From Corallococcus silvisoli (lineage in GTDB: Bacteria > Myxococcota > Myxococcia > Myxococcales > Myxococcaceae), in contig NZ_JAAAPJ010000005.1 of assembly GCF_009909145.1 (NCBI RefSeq), positions 336,470 through 400,469 of the forward strand: DNA of 64,000 bases. Reading direction: 5' to 3'. Below the pieces are notes generated by a model, which saw nothing but the letters and a program-made list of their open reading frames with translations, did no database searches and had not been told where the DNA came from. This document shows positions 56,701-64,000 of the stretch, in pieces. The number at the start of each line of letters is the position of its first letter. Within the stretch, counting starts at the first letter, position 1. A program made the position numbers and the translations under genes.

Positions 56701-56973
56701 CATGTTGAGCTGATCCACCACCACCGGCGGCGCGTTGACGACGTACAGGGCCGACACGCCCTGCGGCGGGTGGCCCACGAACTCAATCCACCGGCGGACG
56801 CCGAAGGAGCTGATCCGCTCCACCAGGCCCAGGTCCACCACCACCAGCCCCGACATCCCCTTGGAGGCGGGGGAGAGGGGGAAGGTCTCGTCGATCACTC
56901 CGGCCACGCGCACGTGGGTCAGACTGCCCACGCGCAGGGGGGTGATGCTGGCATTGGAAGTTTGGCTTTCCAC
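53734..56973 (-). CDS. Eukaryotic-like Ser/Thr protein kinase with a STAS-like plus double-zinc-ribbon N-terminus, Pro-rich linker, one transmembrane helix and a C-terminal periplasmic domain
   Basis: Kinase subdomains: LGQGGMAEVFLA, VMKK, HRDVSPHNVL, DFGIA and SPE. CxxC pairs (CRFC...CPVC and CDCRNC...CPVC). A Pro/Ala-rich region of ~250 aa. A transmembrane helix (LWVGGGGLVLAGLALAFLL). The start is ambiguous: GTG at 56973, ATG at 56856, or GTG at 57054. Confidence 0.75.
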   Translation of the reverse strand: MESQTSNASITPLRVGSLTHVRVAGVIDETFPLSPASKGMSGLVVVDLGLVERISSFGVRRWIEFVGHPPQGVSALYVVNAPPVVVDQLNMVEGFAGVARVLSLLAPYTCRFCKEDRLRLVRLVEEAKILEQGGAPPHQCPVCAQPLEFADEPTEFFDFARRQQFSAVDPAVLRYLRASSPSEPSELSSHLKIIQDDITFITLASTLKGDLNVRRLASGLEGRVAFDCCHVSTVEPEALPRIEQVLEVAAQGAQVVLCRVPPPMLGVLAKSSKPLPAKLATLWLPCDCRNCGQVTHQRIQTSEYLEVLRAKGTMDRVCPVCGGTARAPALAQFQGLLARTPLTEKPLDDIEALEQRALSQYLFGSTNADPGARGTSPTDVHGGSARLQIIRRLGQGGMAEVFLAKQQGVKGFEKFVVMKKILAQFAENPEFVDMLFAEARANARLTHPNIVQTFDVGVTDGVAYILMEYVRGPDLKRLITELRRKGMALPLEHALRIVAEVAAGLHYAHSYVDPSGTAHPVVHRDVSPHNVLVSLDGAIKLSDFGIAKVQGEEQTQAGVIKGKISYLSPEAASGRPLDWRNDVFALGVVLFELLTGQLPFRRDHDAATLAAIVREPAPVPSQLKPHIPQDVSDLILRALVKDPARRTPSAAAMREEIEAVIAHHRLSSSPASVAQFFKEALGDRLSEYAPSSIAGSGTGSNPRALMPGTGSHSRNLGTGSGSGSDMRAPSDLSRPPVRGGSGSMPRMEPPPVAAAPEPAERGTEVVSVASEPPRPPAAPPVMAAPAPRPSRPAAPPPVSPLPSPTAVRPAASANVPTRVGPPPQPPARPSVSVPSVAPMTAVPPPPPVAAAPQVSAPPPPPHTASLPPIGSTPVPTHARASGERVAPPPAPVHAVPPPAPVAPSAGGHPAPGKGLTSGQRKGLWVGGGGLVLAGLALAFLLPKGGMEVRNAQEGERVYVSGVLLEGKHALPEDPGGWLVSTAVDGKLHRFGKVAKAEHIDLRTLADAAPQADARGTLSVTGAQGCRVALGSQVLQGQTPLASPMPAGREFEVRVTCGGKPDLVRWVMAVPGQGVALDVP

Positions 56974-56977
56974 CCGC

Positions 56978-57823
56978 CTACCCTCGTTCCAGACAGAACA
57001 GCAGCGACTTGGGCTGCGCGGCCCGGCGGCGTGTATCCCCCAGGTCCACCCCACAAGCGAATTGCGTCCGCTTTCCCGGGGTCACCCGCACCGCCACTGC
57101 GTCGCTGTGCTCCAGGATGCGCCGCAGACCCAGGCCCGCGCCACCGCCAGAAGCATCCACCTGCGCCTTCTCACCCCACGCCTTCACCACCCGCACCAGC
57201 GGTGACACCGTCAGCCGGCCGAAGCGGTCCGTCGCCTCCAGCCACGCGCGGCCCTCCGCCACCGCCCAGGACACCAGGCAGCGATCTTCCTCGGCCACCG
57301 CCTGCACCTGTCCCCGCCGGTGGGCGTACTTCGGCTGCCCCTCGGCGTCCACCGGGGCGTCGAGGAGCGCGTTCACGCCAATCTCATGGACGACATCCGC
57401 CACCCGGCTGGCCGCGCCCTTGGAGGCCCCCGTCCGCAGGACCTCCTCCGCGGCGCGCTCGCCCGCGGCCGTCACCTCCGCCACGCTGCCCAGCCAGGCC
57501 ACGGACGTGGCGGCCTCCCGCGGAATCAGGGGCTCGCCGCGCAACAGCGAGCTCAAGAGCCGCGCCTCCCAGCCGGACGGCTGCCCCGCCTCGCCGCGAG
57601 TGGCCAGGAGCAGGGCCGGGGGCCGCTGCTCCAACATCGCCGCGTGCGCGGCCGTCAGCCGCCCGTCGAAGAGCACCAGTCGCGGCGCCGCGTCGTCACC
57701 CCGCCCCAGCAACAGGCCATCCCGGGCGAGCACCCCGGAGGCCTTTTCCAGCGCCTCCGGCGTGAGGGTCGTATCCGGCGTCAACTTCAGGGGAGCATCC
57801 TTCACGGCGGCGACGGTATCCAA
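56978..57823 (-). CDS. Hypothetical protein (281 aa) between the TonB-dependent receptor and the kinase
   Basis: ORF with typical codon usage; no recognised motif. Confidence 0.45.
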   Translation of the reverse strand: MDTVAAVKDAPLKLTPDTTLTPEALEKASGVLARDGLLLGRGDDAAPRLVLFDGRLTAAHAAMLEQRPPALLLATRGEAGQPSGWEARLLSSLLRGEPLIPREAATSVAWLGSVAEVTAAGERAAEEVLRTGASKGAASRVADVVHEIGVNALLDAPVDAEGQPKYAHRRGQVQAVAEEDRCLVSWAVAEGRAWLEATDRFGRLTVSPLVRVVKAWGEKAQVDASGGGAGLGLRRILEHSDAVAVRVTPGKRTQFACGVDLGDTRRRAAQPKSLLFCLERG

Positions 57824-57831
57824 ACAGCGCC

Positions 57832-60453
57832 CTAATAATGGAGTCGAACTTCTGTGAAGACGCCCAGCGGCGGAGCGGGGAAGCCGTGGGACTCCTCGTA
57901 CTTCGCGTTGAACAGGTTCGTGCCCAGCAGGGACACCGCCACCCGTTCGTGGACGTTGAAGCCCACGCGCGCCGTCGCGGTGATGTAGCTGGGCAGCTTC
58001 ACGCGGGTGGTGGTGCCCGCGTTCTCGTCCACCACGAAGCCGGGGTCGAAGCGCGGGCCCACGAACAGGCCGTAGAGCTCCACGAAGGCGAACTTCCCGA
58101 TGTTGGTGCGGCCGCGCAGGTAGACGCGGTGGCTGGGCGCGTAGTCCAGCGGGTAGCTGGCCCCGCCGCCCACGGGCAGCGCCTGGGCATCCAGGAACTG
58201 GTAGGCCACGTCGAAGGACGAGTTGAGGGACGGCACCTGCGCCGCCGCCTCCGCCTCGAAGCCCGCCACGCGCGCGTCGCCCAGGTTGCGGAACTGGGAC
58301 GTGGAGCCGAAGACGAGCTCCTGATTGATGAAGTTGCGGGCGCGGTTGTAGAAGCCCGTGCCCGTCAGGCGCACCCGGCGGTCGAACGGCCAGAAGTCCA
58401 CCGCCGCCTCCACCGTGTCCAGCGTCTCCGCGCGCAGCGACGGGTTGCCCAGCAGCGTCGCGGCGTACATCTGCTGGTTGATGGCGAGCTCCGCCAGCGT
58501 GGGCGCGCGGAAGGCGCGGCCGTAGTTGGTGCGCAGCGTGAGCAGCTCCGGGATGGCGTGGAACACGACGCTGGCGCGCGGGGAGATCTGATCCGTGCGC
58601 GCCTCCCAGACCTTTTCGGGGATCTGGTAGTTGTCGTAGCGGGCGCCCGCGCCCACCACCAGCCGGTCCGTGGCGCGGAACTCCGCGTCCACGAAGCCGC
58701 CCAGGATGGTCTGCTTCGTGTCATCCAGGGTCAGGCCCGGGAGCACGTTCTGGTTGTTCACCTGGTCGGCCTTCACGTCGCCGCCCACGGTGACGGACAG
58801 CCGGTCCAGGGAGAAGAGCGCGCGCGCCTCGCCGCCCAGCCGGCTGCGCTTGCCCAGCGTGTCCTCCAGCGCGCCCGTGATTTCATTCTCCAGCGTCACG
58901 TTGCGGCGCTTGAAGAACGCATAGCCCTGGGCGAACACGCGCACGTTGTCCGTCACCTGCTGATCCAGCTGCACGGCGGCGTTCAGGTTCTGGACGTGCT
59001 CGTTGTCCTGCGCGGTGTAGTGGCAGCGACCGCAGTTGCCCACGGTGGAGATGTTCTGCCCACCGGGCCGGCCGATGTTGCCGTCGGTGAAGTCCGCGTC
59101 CAGCGCGAGGGGACCCACGCGGACCTTGCCGTTCACCTGGTGCACCAGCGAGTCCTCGTTGGTGTCCGTCTGGTTGAGCTGCGGGTTGTTGAAGAGCTGC
59201 GGGCCGTCCGAGCCGTAGCCGTAGTAGCCGAGCAGCGCCTCCACGGGGCCACCGCGGCCGGCGACGTTGGTCTGCAGGCGCCACGTCTTGTCCTGGCCGG
59301 CGAGGATGCGCGCGTCGGCGCCCACGTTCTGGCCCTTGGCGATGAGATCGCCCGGCTGGCGCTCGATGATGTTGATGACGCCGCTGAAGGCGTTGGAGCC
59401 GTAGAGCGACGAACCCGGGCCGCGGATGACCTCCACCTGCTTGAGGTTGGTCAGCGGCGTCGTCTCATCCGCGTAGAACTGGCCCGTCCAGGGATCCGTC
59501 AGCGGACGGCCATCCTTGAGCAGCAGGAGGCGGTTGGACAGGTAGTTGGAGCCCAGGCCGCGCGCGCTCACCGCCGCCTTGCGCATGGAGCCCCGGCGGC
59601 ACTCCATGCCGGGGAAGTACTGGATGGCCTCGCAGAGCGAGAACTGGCCGGTGCCCTCCAGCTCCTCCGCCGGAATCCAGGACACCGTGAGGGGCACGTC
59701 GGAGATGCGCTGGCTGCGCTTGGAGGCCGTGGTGACCATGGCCTCGCTCAGCGCCTGGTTGACGGTCTTCTCGAAGTCGTCGCCGTTGCCCAGCGCATCC
59801 GGGCCATCCAGGCCGGAGAGGCTGGAGGGCGGCGGCATCGCGCGGTCCGACGCGGGCTCCGTGAAGGGCGCGCGGTCCGGGACGTTCTCGTTCATCCGCG
59901 GCTGCGAGCCCGACAGCACCGCGCCAGCGCCCAGGTGCTGCGCGGGCGGCGGGTTGGCCGGCACATCCGACGTCAGCGGGCCGTCGTAGGGAGACGGCGA
60001 CGCGACGGGCGTCCCCGGCGAGGCGACGGGCATCGGATCCGCCACCGACGGGCCCGGGCCGGGCGCGGCCACCGGGGCCGGCTGCTCCACGGGCGGCGTG
60101 GCGACGAACGGCTCCTCCGTGGGAGATGGCGCGGCGTCCGGCTCCACGGGCGGCGGAGGCGTCTTCGCCCCCCTGCGCGTCTTCGCCGTGCGCGCGGGTT
60201 TCGTCCCCGGCGCGGCGCTCTTCGCCGCTGGCGTGGCGCTCTTCGCCGCTGGCGTGGCGGGCGCGGCACGCTTGCGCGTGGCCTTCGTCCGCGTCTTGGG
60301 AGCCGGCTCCTGGGCCTCCTGGGCCTGGGCACGTTCCACCGTGAACAGCGACAGGGCGCACAGCACCAACGTCAGACGCGCGAACGCGCCCGGCCGTCCT
60401 GCAAGCCCCTTCACCGCGAAGCTTCGCGGCCCACCGTACTCAGTCGAGTCCAT
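57832..60453 (-). CDS. TonB-dependent outer-membrane receptor with a long Pro/Ala/Lys-rich N-terminal extension
   Basis: Signal peptide. Plug-domain motifs (DVPLTVSWI, GTGQFSL), a long beta-barrel region and a C-terminal aromatic terminus. Confidence 0.8.
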   Translation of the reverse strand: MDSTEYGGPRSFAVKGLAGRPGAFARLTLVLCALSLFTVERAQAQEAQEPAPKTRTKATRKRAAPATPAAKSATPAAKSAAPGTKPARTAKTRRGAKTPPPPVEPDAAPSPTEEPFVATPPVEQPAPVAAPGPGPSVADPMPVASPGTPVASPSPYDGPLTSDVPANPPPAQHLGAGAVLSGSQPRMNENVPDRAPFTEPASDRAMPPPSSLSGLDGPDALGNGDDFEKTVNQALSEAMVTTASKRSQRISDVPLTVSWIPAEELEGTGQFSLCEAIQYFPGMECRRGSMRKAAVSARGLGSNYLSNRLLLLKDGRPLTDPWTGQFYADETTPLTNLKQVEVIRGPGSSLYGSNAFSGVINIIERQPGDLIAKGQNVGADARILAGQDKTWRLQTNVAGRGGPVEALLGYYGYGSDGPQLFNNPQLNQTDTNEDSLVHQVNGKVRVGPLALDADFTDGNIGRPGGQNISTVGNCGRCHYTAQDNEHVQNLNAAVQLDQQVTDNVRVFAQGYAFFKRRNVTLENEITGALEDTLGKRSRLGGEARALFSLDRLSVTVGGDVKADQVNNQNVLPGLTLDDTKQTILGGFVDAEFRATDRLVVGAGARYDNYQIPEKVWEARTDQISPRASVVFHAIPELLTLRTNYGRAFRAPTLAELAINQQMYAATLLGNPSLRAETLDTVEAAVDFWPFDRRVRLTGTGFYNRARNFINQELVFGSTSQFRNLGDARVAGFEAEAAAQVPSLNSSFDVAYQFLDAQALPVGGGASYPLDYAPSHRVYLRGRTNIGKFAFVELYGLFVGPRFDPGFVVDENAGTTTRVKLPSYITATARVGFNVHERVAVSLLGTNLFNAKYEESHGFPAPPLGVFTEVRLHY
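60215..60256. repeat. Tandem 21-nt direct repeat (x2) encoding PAAKSAT/PAAKSAA in the TonB-dependent receptor's N-terminal extension
   Basis: gcgctcttcgccgctggcgtg is repeated consecutively. Confidence 0.75.
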
Positions 60454-60688
60454 CGTTCTCTATTCCACGAGGGGAAGCAGGGATGTCCGCGGTCCTTGCG
60501 CCAGGATCCAGAGCCGGTGCGACTGGCAATCGTCCACAGGGGCGTGTTTCCACCCCTGAACGGTGGCGTTCCGCTCGACTTCTCAAATTACCGCAATAAC
60601 TGGTCTAAGGCCAAGTCATGGCTGTCGATCCCAGCAAATCGCGCGCGCGGCATCGCAAGGCCGCGCGCGGATCAGCCGCGCCACGCCG

Positions 60689-61606
60689 TCAGTCGTCGGG
60701 CTGTTCGGCGGAGACGGCCAGGTCGTCCGCGAACGGCGGCAGCGCGGGACCCAGCGAATCCGACTGCACCAGCGCGGGCGTCTCCACCCGCAGGTCGGGG
60801 GCGTCCGCGAAGACGGGCAGCCGGCGCGGAGGACCCTGGGTGACGAGCTTGCGGAAGTCGTCGAATTCACGGCCCTGGATGCGGGCGAAGGCGTCGAACG
60901 GGGCCACCGCCCCCACTTCGGGCAGGGACTGGGCCAGCGCGCTCCCCCCGCCCTTCAAGTCCACCAGCACCGCGCTCGGCACCCGGGCGCTGCGGAAGAG
61001 CACGCGCTGGTCCTTGGGGACGTGCGCCACGGGAACGAGCGCGGCCTCCGCGCCCTTCGCCTCCAGCATCTTCACCGCCGACTCCACGTTGGGCACCGGC
61101 ACCAGCTTGAAATGACGCTGCGCGTCCAGGTCTCCGCCCAGGACGACGTGGGAGACGAACTTGGGATCCGCGGGGCCCGCGCCCTTGACGAGCGCCATGC
61201 GCTTGCCGGCGAGGTCCTTCACGGTGCCCTTCTGGGTGGAGATGATGGCCCAGCGCTGCTGCGTCTCACCGGCGTGCGGCGCGTACGCCACGGGGTCCGC
61301 CTTGGCGCCCAGCTGCACGGCGGCCCAGGCGTCCACCACGGCGAAGTCGATCTGCCCCTCGCCCACCGCCTTGGAGAAGTCCTCGTAGCGGCCGAAGCTG
61401 CGGGCGGCGACGGGGCGCCCCAGGGCGGCCTCCAGCTTCTGGGCCAGCGCCTCCGCGTACTGGAAGCGCTCCTGGCCGTCCGACAGCGTGGTGGCGAGGA
61501 ACACGCCCAGCGTCGCCTTCTTGGGCGCCGCGGACGCGGGGAGTGCGACGAACAGCACGGCGGCGAGCAGGAGGCTCCACCGCGCGACAAGGGATGGCGT
61601 CTTCAC
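60689..61606 (-). CDS. PhnD/SsuA-like periplasmic substrate-binding protein (phosphonate/phosphite ABC-type SBP fold), orphan
   Basis: GTG at 61606 preceded by GGAGGAG; signal peptide; PhnD-like pattern (TLGVFLA..., RWAIIS, MALVKGAG). Confidence 0.65.
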   Translation of the reverse strand: MKTPSLVARWSLLLAAVLFVALPASAAPKKATLGVFLATTLSDGQERFQYAEALAQKLEAALGRPVAARSFGRYEDFSKAVGEGQIDFAVVDAWAAVQLGAKADPVAYAPHAGETQQRWAIISTQKGTVKDLAGKRMALVKGAGPADPKFVSHVVLGGDLDAQRHFKLVPVPNVESAVKMLEAKGAEAALVPVAHVPKDQRVLFRSARVPSAVLVDLKGGGSALAQSLPEVGAVAPFDAFARIQGREFDDFRKLVTQGPPRRLPVFADAPDLRVETPALVQSDSLGPALPPFADDLAVSAEQPDD

Positions 61607-63993
61607 GGTGTCTCCTCCGCGACCCCGGAGGCCTGACCGACGCCCTGCGCGTCGCCCAGCCCGTAGAGGCCCTGCAGGCGGTCCTTCCATTCCCGAACCT
61701 GGGCGGCGCGGGGGCCCACGCCCGAGGCCAGGTAGCGGCGCCAGGCGTCCACGGCCTCGGCGGGTTCGTGGCGGCGGTCCTGCGCGTCGATGCCAAGGTT
61801 GAGCGCGGCGATGGGGACGGCCGTCTCCAGGCGCTTCCACGCCGTCAGCGCCGCCGCCGTCTCGCCCTGGCGCCAGTCCACGCAGGCCAGGTTGTGCTGC
61901 ACGAGCGCGTCGTCGGGCGTGGCGGCCAGCGCGGCCTTCAGCGCCTTCTCCGACGCCTTCATGTTGCCGGAGGCGTACGCGAGCGCCGCCTCGCGCCGGA
62001 GCAGCGCGCCGGTGAGGTTGCCCATCCAGCGGGGCTGCCCGGGCATGGGCTTCTTCTGGGCGGTGGTGAGCAGCTTGCGCGAGGGCGCCACCTTCCCCTG
62101 GCGGTACAGCACCCACGCGTCCGCGAGCGGGCGCGTGTTGGGCCACGCCCACTCCGGGGTCGGCGTGAGCGCGCGCTTGGTGCCGGCGGTGGCGTCCGCG
62201 AACTTGCCCTCCTCCGCGCGCGTGAGCGCCCGGGCGAAGGTGGCCAGCTTCGCCAGGTCCGCGCGCTTGCCGGTGCCCAGGCGGTCCACCGCGTCCAGGT
62301 CCCGGTTCGCCGAGGCCGCGTCGCCGACCTCCAGCTTCGCCAGGGCCCGGCGCACCAGCACGCGCGGCAGGTTCGCCTCCGCCACCTTCGCCGCCGTCTT
62401 GGAGGGCCCCGCGTCCGTCAGCCGCTGCACGGCGGCGTCCACCTGGCCCAGCTCCACCTCCGCGAGCGCGGCACCCGCGGAGGCCTCCGCGCGCTGATCC
62501 GGCTCCTGCGTGGCCTCACCGGACTGGGTGAAGGCGGCGAGCGCGGCCTGCGCGTCCCCGCCGCCCAGCCGGGCGTAGCCCAGGAGCAGGTGCTCGCGCC
62601 AGGTCGCGCCCGGCAGCGTCACCGCGCCCTCCATCACCTTGCGAGCCTCCGCGAACTGGTGGCTGTCCAGGAGCGCCGCGCCCAGCCGGCGGGCCATGGC
62701 CACGGAGCGATCCAGGTCGTACGCGCGGCGCAGGTCGCGCACGGCGTCGTCCAGGCGCTGCGTGCCCGCGCGGTCGCGCGCGCGGTGCGCCAGCGCTCGG
62801 GCCAGCCACTGGCTCGCGCCGGGGTGGCCGGGTTCGACCTGGAGCGCGCTGCTGTAGTCCTCGATGGCCTGGTCCCACTGGCCGGTGGCGAAGTGGTCCG
62901 CCCCCAGCAGCATCCAGCCCAGCGCCTGGCGCGGCGCCATCTCCACCACGCGCCGGTGCACCTCCACCGCGCGCTGATAGCGGCCGGCGCGGCGGTTGAC
63001 GGAGCCCAGCGTCGCCCACAGCTCCAGGCTGCCTCCGCCCGACTTCACCGCCGCCTCCAGGAACTGGATGGCCTCCTCGTGGCGGGCCTGCGCCTGGAGC
63101 GCCTTGCCCACGGCGATCTGCCCCATCAACAGGCCCGGCTGCAGCTCCAGCACCTTGCGGAACTCGGCCTCGGCCTGCGCGGGCTGCTTCTGCGCGAGCC
63201 GCACGTCGCCCAGCAAGAGGTGCGCGGCGGGCGTGGCGCCCAGGTTCACCAGCGCCAGCGCCTGGGCCTCCGCGCGGGGCACGTCCCCCGCGGACAGGTA
63301 CAGCCGCGCGAGGCGCTCCTTCGGCTCCGCCACCTGCGGGAACTTCGTCACCAGCCGCTCCAGCAGCGTGCGGGCCTCCGGGACGCGGCCCTCCAGCTCC
63401 AGCACCGCGGCGAGGCCGATCTGCGCGGTGGCGGACTCCGCCCTCCCCGCCTGGGCCTTCTCGAACGCGGCGCGCGCGGCGGGCGCGTCCCGGCGCAGCA
63501 GGTGCGCCTTGCCCAGCAGCTCGAGGATCTGGAAGTCATTGCCCGCGAGCTTCTCCGGGCGCAGCGACAGGTAGCGCTGGAGCCGCGCCACCGCGCGGTT
63601 CCCGTCCTGCACGTACAGGTAATAGCTGGCCAGGTAGTAGTGGACGATGAGGTGGTCCGGCTGATCCGCGGCGGCCACCTGCTCCAGGAGCGGCACGGCC
63701 TCCTGGAAGCGGCGCAGCTTGAAGTACGCCGTGCCCAGCGGGTACGCGAGCGACAGCTCCGCGCGGTTGCGCTCGAACACCGGCTGGAGGCGCGCGGCCG
63801 TGCGCTGGAAGTCCTGGAGCGCGTTGGCGGCGCTGCCCAGGCCCGCGGCGGCCGTGATGGACTGCGGCTCCTGCGTGAGGGCCTGCTCGAAGAGCTGGAG
63901 CGCCTTCTTGAACTTCTCCTCCGCCTCCTTCTTGTCGCCCTTGGACGCGGCGGCGTTGGCGGACACGAGCGCCTGCTCTCCCTGCTCCGTCAT
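61603..63993 (-). CDS. TPR-repeat protein (796 aa)
   Basis: Pervasive 34-residue Ala/Leu-rich helical repeats. ATG at 63993. Its stop overlaps the PhnD-like gene's start by 4 nt. Confidence 0.75.
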   Translation of the reverse strand: MTEQGEQALVSANAAASKGDKKEAEEKFKKALQLFEQALTQEPQSITAAAGLGSAANALQDFQRTAARLQPVFERNRAELSLAYPLGTAYFKLRRFQEAVPLLEQVAAADQPDHLIVHYYLASYYLYVQDGNRAVARLQRYLSLRPEKLAGNDFQILELLGKAHLLRRDAPAARAAFEKAQAGRAESATAQIGLAAVLELEGRVPEARTLLERLVTKFPQVAEPKERLARLYLSAGDVPRAEAQALALVNLGATPAAHLLLGDVRLAQKQPAQAEAEFRKVLELQPGLLMGQIAVGKALQAQARHEEAIQFLEAAVKSGGGSLELWATLGSVNRRAGRYQRAVEVHRRVVEMAPRQALGWMLLGADHFATGQWDQAIEDYSSALQVEPGHPGASQWLARALAHRARDRAGTQRLDDAVRDLRRAYDLDRSVAMARRLGAALLDSHQFAEARKVMEGAVTLPGATWREHLLLGYARLGGGDAQAALAAFTQSGEATQEPDQRAEASAGAALAEVELGQVDAAVQRLTDAGPSKTAAKVAEANLPRVLVRRALAKLEVGDAASANRDLDAVDRLGTGKRADLAKLATFARALTRAEEGKFADATAGTKRALTPTPEWAWPNTRPLADAWVLYRQGKVAPSRKLLTTAQKKPMPGQPRWMGNLTGALLRREAALAYASGNMKASEKALKAALAATPDDALVQHNLACVDWRQGETAAALTAWKRLETAVPIAALNLGIDAQDRRHEPAEAVDAWRRYLASGVGPRAAQVREWKDRLQGLYGLGDAQGVGQASGVAEETP

Positions 63994-64000
63994 GCGCTGG

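Noticed and set aside
1-64000. CRISPR arrays, rRNA, tRNA, insertion sequences or transposases, integrases, prophage modules
   Set aside because: I found no regularly spaced direct repeats, no rRNA-like or cloverleaf-compatible conserved segments, and no transposase, integrase or phage structural-protein signatures. The M15 peptidase and GIY-YIG protein are not accompanied by phage genes.

Overview
This is a 64 kb, roughly 70% GC, gene-dense bacterial chromosomal segment. By inference from protein features it is most consistent with a myxobacterium (Myxococcus/Corallococcus-like): PDAGMPDAG-type lipoprotein repeats, tandem DUF4139/MuiA-like paralogs, a eukaryotic-like Ser/Thr kinase, a sigma-54 activator, and a giant tandem-cyclase/AAA/TPR regulator. 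I call about 50 protein-coding genes. I found no rRNA, tRNA, CRISPR array, transposase or integrase.

Recognisable content includes:
- a UshA-type 5'-nucleotidase lipoprotein
- an Atl-type MGMT-family protein
- a VanY/M15 peptidase
- an NtrC-type sigma-54 activator
- a def-OYE-MBL-FAD-monooxygenase gene string
- three fatty-acid desaturase genes plus a MaoC dehydratase
- a BamA/TamA-like outer membrane protein
- a c-type cytochrome cluster next to menA
- an Slt lytic transglycosylase
- an M28 peptidase
- a DUF47-PiT phosphate transporter pair
- a B12-binding radical SAM enzyme
- a Ser/Thr kinase, a TonB-dependent receptor and a PhnD-like binding protein

The most striking feature is a tightly packed six-gene minus-strand operon (13463 -> 6686). 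It encodes, in order:
- a small protein with an acidic N-terminus and a cationic Gly/Lys amphipathic core
- an HExxH-motif protein
- a 618-aa protein with no recognisable domain
- an N-terminally short alpha-oxoamine-synthase-family PLP enzyme
- a GIY-YIG-motif protein
- an amidohydrolase

A well-formed candidate sigma-54 (-24/-12) promoter precedes it, and a sigma-54 activator gene lies at its far end. I could not assign this operon to any described system and flag it as the main candidate for something new. All family assignments are from motif reading by eye; no database search was possible.
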